Assembly: GCA_041496385.1 (NCBI GenBank)
Contig: JBGQEL010000078.1
Coordinates: forward strand, 1 to 20,125
Direction: 5' to 3'
DNA: 20,125 bases
Source of the DNA: Candidatus Methylomirabilia bacterium
GTDB taxonomy: Bacteria > Methylomirabilota > Methylomirabilia > Rokubacteriales > CSP1-6
This document shows, piece after piece, positions 16,777-20,125 of the stretch. A program made the translations under genes and the position numbers. The notes below the pieces were generated by a model. It searched no databases. It was given only the letters and a program-made list of their open reading frames with translations, and was not told the origin of the DNA. Within the stretch, counting starts at the first letter, position 1; each line of letters opens with the position of its first letter.

Positions 16777-18015
16777 ATGGCGAACGTCGGGGTCTGGTTG
16801 GTCGGTGCCCAGGGGAGCCTCGCCTCCACCGTCGTGCTCGGCGCGCGCGCGGTCGCGCGGCGGCTGGCGACGGGCGGCGGGCTCGTCACCGAGCTGCCCG
16901 AGCTCCGCGCGCTGCCGCTGCGCGCCCTGGACGACCTCGTGTTCGGCGGCTGGGACATCGCGGCGACCGGGCTGGTCGCGCGCGCGCGCACGCTCGCGTC
17001 GGACGACGCCGCGGTGCCCGAGTCGCTTGTGGCCGATCTGGAGGACGATCTGCGAATCGTCGAGACGCGCGTGCGCCCGGGCTTCGCCAACGGCGGCGGC
17101 CCGGCGAACCGGCCCCGGAAGGGCCGGGCATTCGTCCCGCAGCGCGAGTCGCTGACGCGCGCGGTGGAGCGGCTGGGTGACGATCTCGACCGCTTCCGGC
17201 GCGAGGAGCGGCTCGACACGGTGATCGTCGTCAACGTGGCCTCGACCGAGCCGCCGCTCCGGCTCTCGCGCGAGCACGCGCGCCTCGAGCGGTTCCGGCG
17301 GGTGATCCAGGACGACCGGCGCGCGCTCGTCACGCCCAGCATGGTCTACGCCTGGGCGGCGCTCGAGCGCGGGTTCCCGTACGTGAACTTCACGCCGTCG
17401 ATCGGGATCGCGGCGCCCGCGCTCCAGGAGCTTGGGCTCAAGCACCACGTGCCGTTCTACGGCAGCGACGGCAAGACCGGCGAGACGCTGCTGAAGACGG
17501 TGCTCGCGCCGCTGTTTCGCCACCGGAACCTCGAGGTGCTTTCCTGGGAGGGCTTCAACATCCTGGGCGGCGGCGACGGCCGCGTGCTGGCGAACCCGCG
17601 GCACAAGCGCTCGAAGGTGCGGACCAAGACCGGCGTGCTCGCCTCGGCGCTCGGCTACGCGCCGCACGCCGGCGTGGCGATCGAGTACGTGCCGTCGCTC
17701 GGCAACTGGAAGACGGCGTGGGATTTCGTCCACTTCCGGGGCTTCCTGGGCACGAAGATGAGCGTGCACTTCATCTGGCAGGGCTGCGACTCGATCCTGG
17801 CCGCGCCCCTCGTGCTCGATCTCGCGCGGCTCACGGAGTTCGCGCAGCGCCAGGGCGAGGCCGGACCCATGAAGCACCTCGCGTGCTTCTTCAAGGACCC
17901 CCTCGGCGTGAGCGTCCACGCCTTCACGGACCAGTTCCGCCTGCTGACCGACTACGTCGCGCGCCACGCGAAGAGCGGACGCCGGGCGCGGAGGACGCCG
18001 CCACGGGCGCGGTAG
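16777..18015 (+). CDS. ino1: myo-inositol-1-phosphate synthase (inositol-3-phosphate synthase)
   Basis: Likely start is ATG at 16777; 412 aa. 'GVWLVGAQGSLAST' NAD-binding start, 'VVNVASTE', 'NFTPS', 'GSDGKTGETLLK', 'NILGGGDG', 'SKVRTK', 'CDSILAAPLVLDLARL', 'FFKDP' are conserved MIPS blocks. Confidence 0.88.
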   Translation: MANVGVWLVGAQGSLASTVVLGARAVARRLATGGGLVTELPELRALPLRALDDLVFGGWDIAATGLVARARTLASDDAAVPESLVADLEDDLRIVETRVRPGFANGGGPANRPRKGRAFVPQRESLTRAVERLGDDLDRFRREERLDTVIVVNVASTEPPLRLSREHARLERFRRVIQDDRRALVTPSMVYAWAALERGFPYVNFTPSIGIAAPALQELGLKHHVPFYGSDGKTGETLLKTVLAPLFRHRNLEVLSWEGFNILGGGDGRVLANPRHKRSKVRTKTGVLASALGYAPHAGVAIEYVPSLGNWKTAWDFVHFRGFLGTKMSVHFIWQGCDSILAAPLVLDLARLTEFAQRQGEAGPMKHLACFFKDPLGVSVHAFTDQFRLLTDYVARHAKSGRRARRTPPRAR

Positions 18016-19190
18016 TGCCGCGGCGCTGGCCGATCCTCACCGAGGCGGATCGCGCCGCGGTGGAGCGCGTGCTCGAGCGCGGCGCCCTCTCGGGCGCCGG
18101 CGCGCCCGAGATGCGGGCGCTCGAGGCCGAGTTCGCCGCCGCGGTCGGCGCGCGCTTCTGCCTGGCCACCAACAGCGGGACGGCGGCGCTCCACATCGCG
18201 CTCGCGGCGGCGGGGGTGGGGCCGGGCGACGAGGTCATCGTGCCCGCGCTCTCGTTCATCGCGACGGCCCAGGCCGTGCTCCAGCAGGGCGCGACGCCCG
18301 TGTTCGCCGACGTCGATCCGGTGACCTACAATCTCGACCCCGCCGACGCCGCGCGGCGGGTCACGCGACGGACGCGGGCCATCGTGCCCGTCCACCTGCA
18401 CGGACTGCCCGCGGACATGGACGCGCTCGGTGACCTGGCGCGCCGCCACGGACTCACGGTCATCGAAGACGCGGCGCAGGCGCATGGCGCCGCCTACAAG
18501 GGACGCGCGGCCGGCACGCTGGGCGCGATGGCGGCCTTCAGCCTGAACTCGACGAAGAACCTGCCGGCCGGCGAGGGAGGGCTCTTCGTGACCGATTCAG
18601 AGGAGCTGTACGCGCGCGCCGCGCGCGTGCGCTTCGACGGGCTCGAGCCGCCCTCGAAATGGGATCCGTCGCATCCGCTCGACGACGAGGCCGACGCCCT
18701 CGCGACGCTGCGCGGCTGGATGTATCTTCCGGGCGAGCTGACCTCGGCGCTGGCGCGTTCCCAGCTCCGGCGCCTCGGCGAGACCACGGCGCGGAGTCGC
18801 GCGAACGCCGCGCGGCTCGGCGAGCGCCTCGCGCGGCTCCCCGGTGTCGAGCCGCCCGTGGTGCCCGCCGACCGCACCCACGTGTTCCACAAGTACCGCG
18901 TGCGTCTCGATCCCGGCGGCGCCGGCCTGGCGCTCACGCCGCAGGCACTCCGCGATCGGACGCTGGAGGCGCTCCGGGCCGAGGGGGTCGAGGCCGTCCT
19001 CTGGCAGACGGTGCCGCTGCCGTCGCATCCGCTCTTCGGATCGCCCGAGCGCTATCCGAACGCGGCGGGCGCGCTCGCGGCCTCGCTCGTCATCGGCTCG
19101 CAGTCCTATCCCGTCTTCGCTCAGCCGCCCGAGGTCATCGACGCGTGGGCGGACGGCTTCGAGAGGGTATGGAGCGGCTTGCGCTCCTAG
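18015..19190 (+). CDS. DegT/DnrJ/EryC1/StrS PLP-dependent aminotransferase (resembles aminocyclitol/AHBA-type members)
   Basis: GTG at 18015 overlaps the ino1 TAG (TAGTG); 391 aa. 'WPILTEADRAAVERVL', 'NSGTAALH', 'GPGDEVIVP', 'PVHLHG', 'IEDAAQAHGA', and the PLP-lysine motif 'FSLNSTKNLPAGEGG'. Confidence 0.88.
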   Translation: MPRRWPILTEADRAAVERVLERGALSGAGAPEMRALEAEFAAAVGARFCLATNSGTAALHIALAAAGVGPGDEVIVPALSFIATAQAVLQQGATPVFADVDPVTYNLDPADAARRVTRRTRAIVPVHLHGLPADMDALGDLARRHGLTVIEDAAQAHGAAYKGRAAGTLGAMAAFSLNSTKNLPAGEGGLFVTDSEELYARAARVRFDGLEPPSKWDPSHPLDDEADALATLRGWMYLPGELTSALARSQLRRLGETTARSRANAARLGERLARLPGVEPPVVPADRTHVFHKYRVRLDPGGAGLALTPQALRDRTLEALRAEGVEAVLWQTVPLPSHPLFGSPERYPNAAGALAASLVIGSQSYPVFAQPPEVIDAWADGFERVWSGLRS

Positions 19191-20125
19191 GCGGCACGCC
19201 CGTTCGCGGCACGCCGCTGCCGTACGCCCGCCAGTCGATCGACGCCGCCGACATCGTCGCCGTGGGCGACGCGCTCCGCGCGGACTGGATCACGCAGGGG
19301 CCGACGCTCGCGCGTTTCGAGCGGGCCCTGGCGGAGCGCGCGGGCGTCGCCCACGCCGTTGCGGTCTCGAGCGGCACCGCGGCGCTCCACGCGGCGTGCT
19401 GGGCGGCGGGGCTCGGGCCGGGCGACGAGGCGATCACAACGCCGCTGACCTTCGCGGCGACGGTCGGCGCCATCGTGCAGGCGGGCGCCTGCCCGGTGTT
19501 CGCCGACATCGACGCGGCCACGCTGAATCTCGACCCCGACGCCGTGAAGCGCGCGGCGACGGCCCGGACGCGCGCCGTCCTGCCCGTCGACTTCGCGGGT
19601 CTGCCGTGCGAGTACGACCGGCTCCAGGCGAGCGCGCGCGAGCACGGCTGGCTCGTCATCGCGGACGCCGCGCACTCGTTCGGCGGCGCGGACGCGGGCC
19701 GCCCGGTGGGCTCGCTCGCCGACATGACGGTGCTCTCGTTCCACCCTGCGAAGCTGATCACGACCGGCGAGGGCGGCGCCGTGCTGACGGACCGCGACGA
19801 CCTGGCCGAACGGCTCCGCCGGGCGCGCCACCACGGGATCCGTTACCTCGACCGCGCGCGCCCCTGGCGCTACGAGATCGACGTACCGGGCGGCAACTAC
19901 CGACTGACCGACTTTCAGGCGGCGCTCGGCCTGAGCCAGCTCGCCAGGCTGGACGCGTTCTGGGAGCGTCGTGACCGGCTCGCCCGGCGCTATCGGGAGC
20001 GTCTCGCCGGCTCGCCATTCGTCGAGCTCCAGGCGGCGCCGGCGGACCGGCGCCACGGCTGGCATCTCTTCCTGGCGCTGCTGCGCCTCGAACGACTGAC
20101 CGCCGATCGCGACACGATCCTCGAC
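19169..20125 (+). CDS. pseC: PseC/SpsC-like nucleotide-sugar 4-aminotransferase (3' truncated; not listed in the ORF track)
   Basis: Translated by hand from ATG 19169 (GAGAGGG just upstream): MERLALLGGTPVRGTPLPYARQSIDAADIVAVGDALRADWITQGP...SSGTAALHAA...PVDFAG...ADAAHSFG...SFHPAKLITTGEGG...HHGI...GGNYRLTDFQAALGLSQL. It stays open to the window end. PY.RQ.I, WITQGP and SFHP.K.ITTGEGG are PseC/SpsC-type motifs. Confidence 0.8.
   Translation, partial: MERLALLGGTPVRGTPLPYARQSIDAADIVAVGDALRADWITQGPTLARFERALAERAGVAHAVAVSSGTAALHAACWAAGLGPGDEAITTPLTFAATVGAIVQAGACPVFADIDAATLNLDPDAVKRAATARTRAVLPVDFAGLPCEYDRLQASAREHGWLVIADAAHSFGGADAGRPVGSLADMTVLSFHPAKLITTGEGGAVLTDRDDLAERLRRARHHGIRYLDRARPWRYEIDVPGGNYRLTDFQAALGLSQLARLDAFWERRDRLARRYRERLAGSPFVELQAAPADRRHGWHLFLALLRLERLTADRDTILD

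Noticed and set aside
15111..17342. Long reverse-strand ORFs (e.g. 743 aa at 15111-17342, 606 aa at 3596-5416, 488 aa at 5377-6843)
   Set aside because: They lie antisense to well-supported + strand genes and have no recognisable motifs. Such shadow ORFs are expected in high-GC DNA with few stop codons.
18006..18017. ops/JUMPStart-like string (ggcgcggtagtg)
   Set aside because: It is an imperfect match to GGCGGTAGnnTG and is fully explained by the ino1 stop and next start overlap. It is not in an operon leader.
18181..19440. Similar DNA stretches at about 18181-18240 and 19381-19437 (gcgctccac...gggccgggcgacgagg)
   Set aside because: They encode the conserved TAALH and GPGDE motifs of two paralogous aminotransferases and are not a DNA repeat or recent duplication.
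1..20125. tRNA/rRNA genes, CRISPR arrays, IS elements, integrases, intrinsic terminators
   Set aside because: There is almost no intergenic space, and I saw no regular repeats, transposase or recombinase motifs, or hairpin-plus-U-tract.

Overview
A high-GC, gene-dense window with every credible gene on the + strand. Bases 1-15085 are the downstream part of a Wzy-type surface polysaccharide (O-antigen/capsule) operon in which almost all genes abut or overlap. In order it encodes: the C-terminus of a DegT-like aminotransferase, a FemAB/GNAT-fold transferase, a NodB-type deacetylase, a probable Wzy, an SDR epimerase, two GT4 glycosyltransferases (one WbuB/WbjE-like), an RmlD-like reductase, a FnlA/WbjB-like inverting dehydratase, a FnlC/WbjD-like 2-epimerase, a WbpK/WbpV/WbjF-like SDR, a WbpL-like initiating transferase, a WbpM/CapD-like dehydratase and a kinase-less Wzz/GumC-like co-polymerase. 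A 40-bp gap carrying an extended -10 promoter-like motif follows. A second unit then encodes a Wzi-family outer-membrane barrel, a myo-inositol-1-phosphate synthase, a translationally coupled DegT-family aminotransferase resembling aminocyclitol/AHBA-type enzymes, and a PseC/SpsC-like aminotransferase that runs off the window and is absent from the ORF track. The most interesting leads are the wzi-ino1-aminotransferase-pseC unit (possible inositol/aminocyclitol surface glycoconjugate pathway), an SLH/OmpM-like N-terminus and vicinal Cys pair in Wzi, and an aminotransferase/FemAB/deacetylase tailoring module. No RNA genes, mobile elements or CRISPR arrays were seen. All family calls come from motif recognition by eye; no database searches were run.
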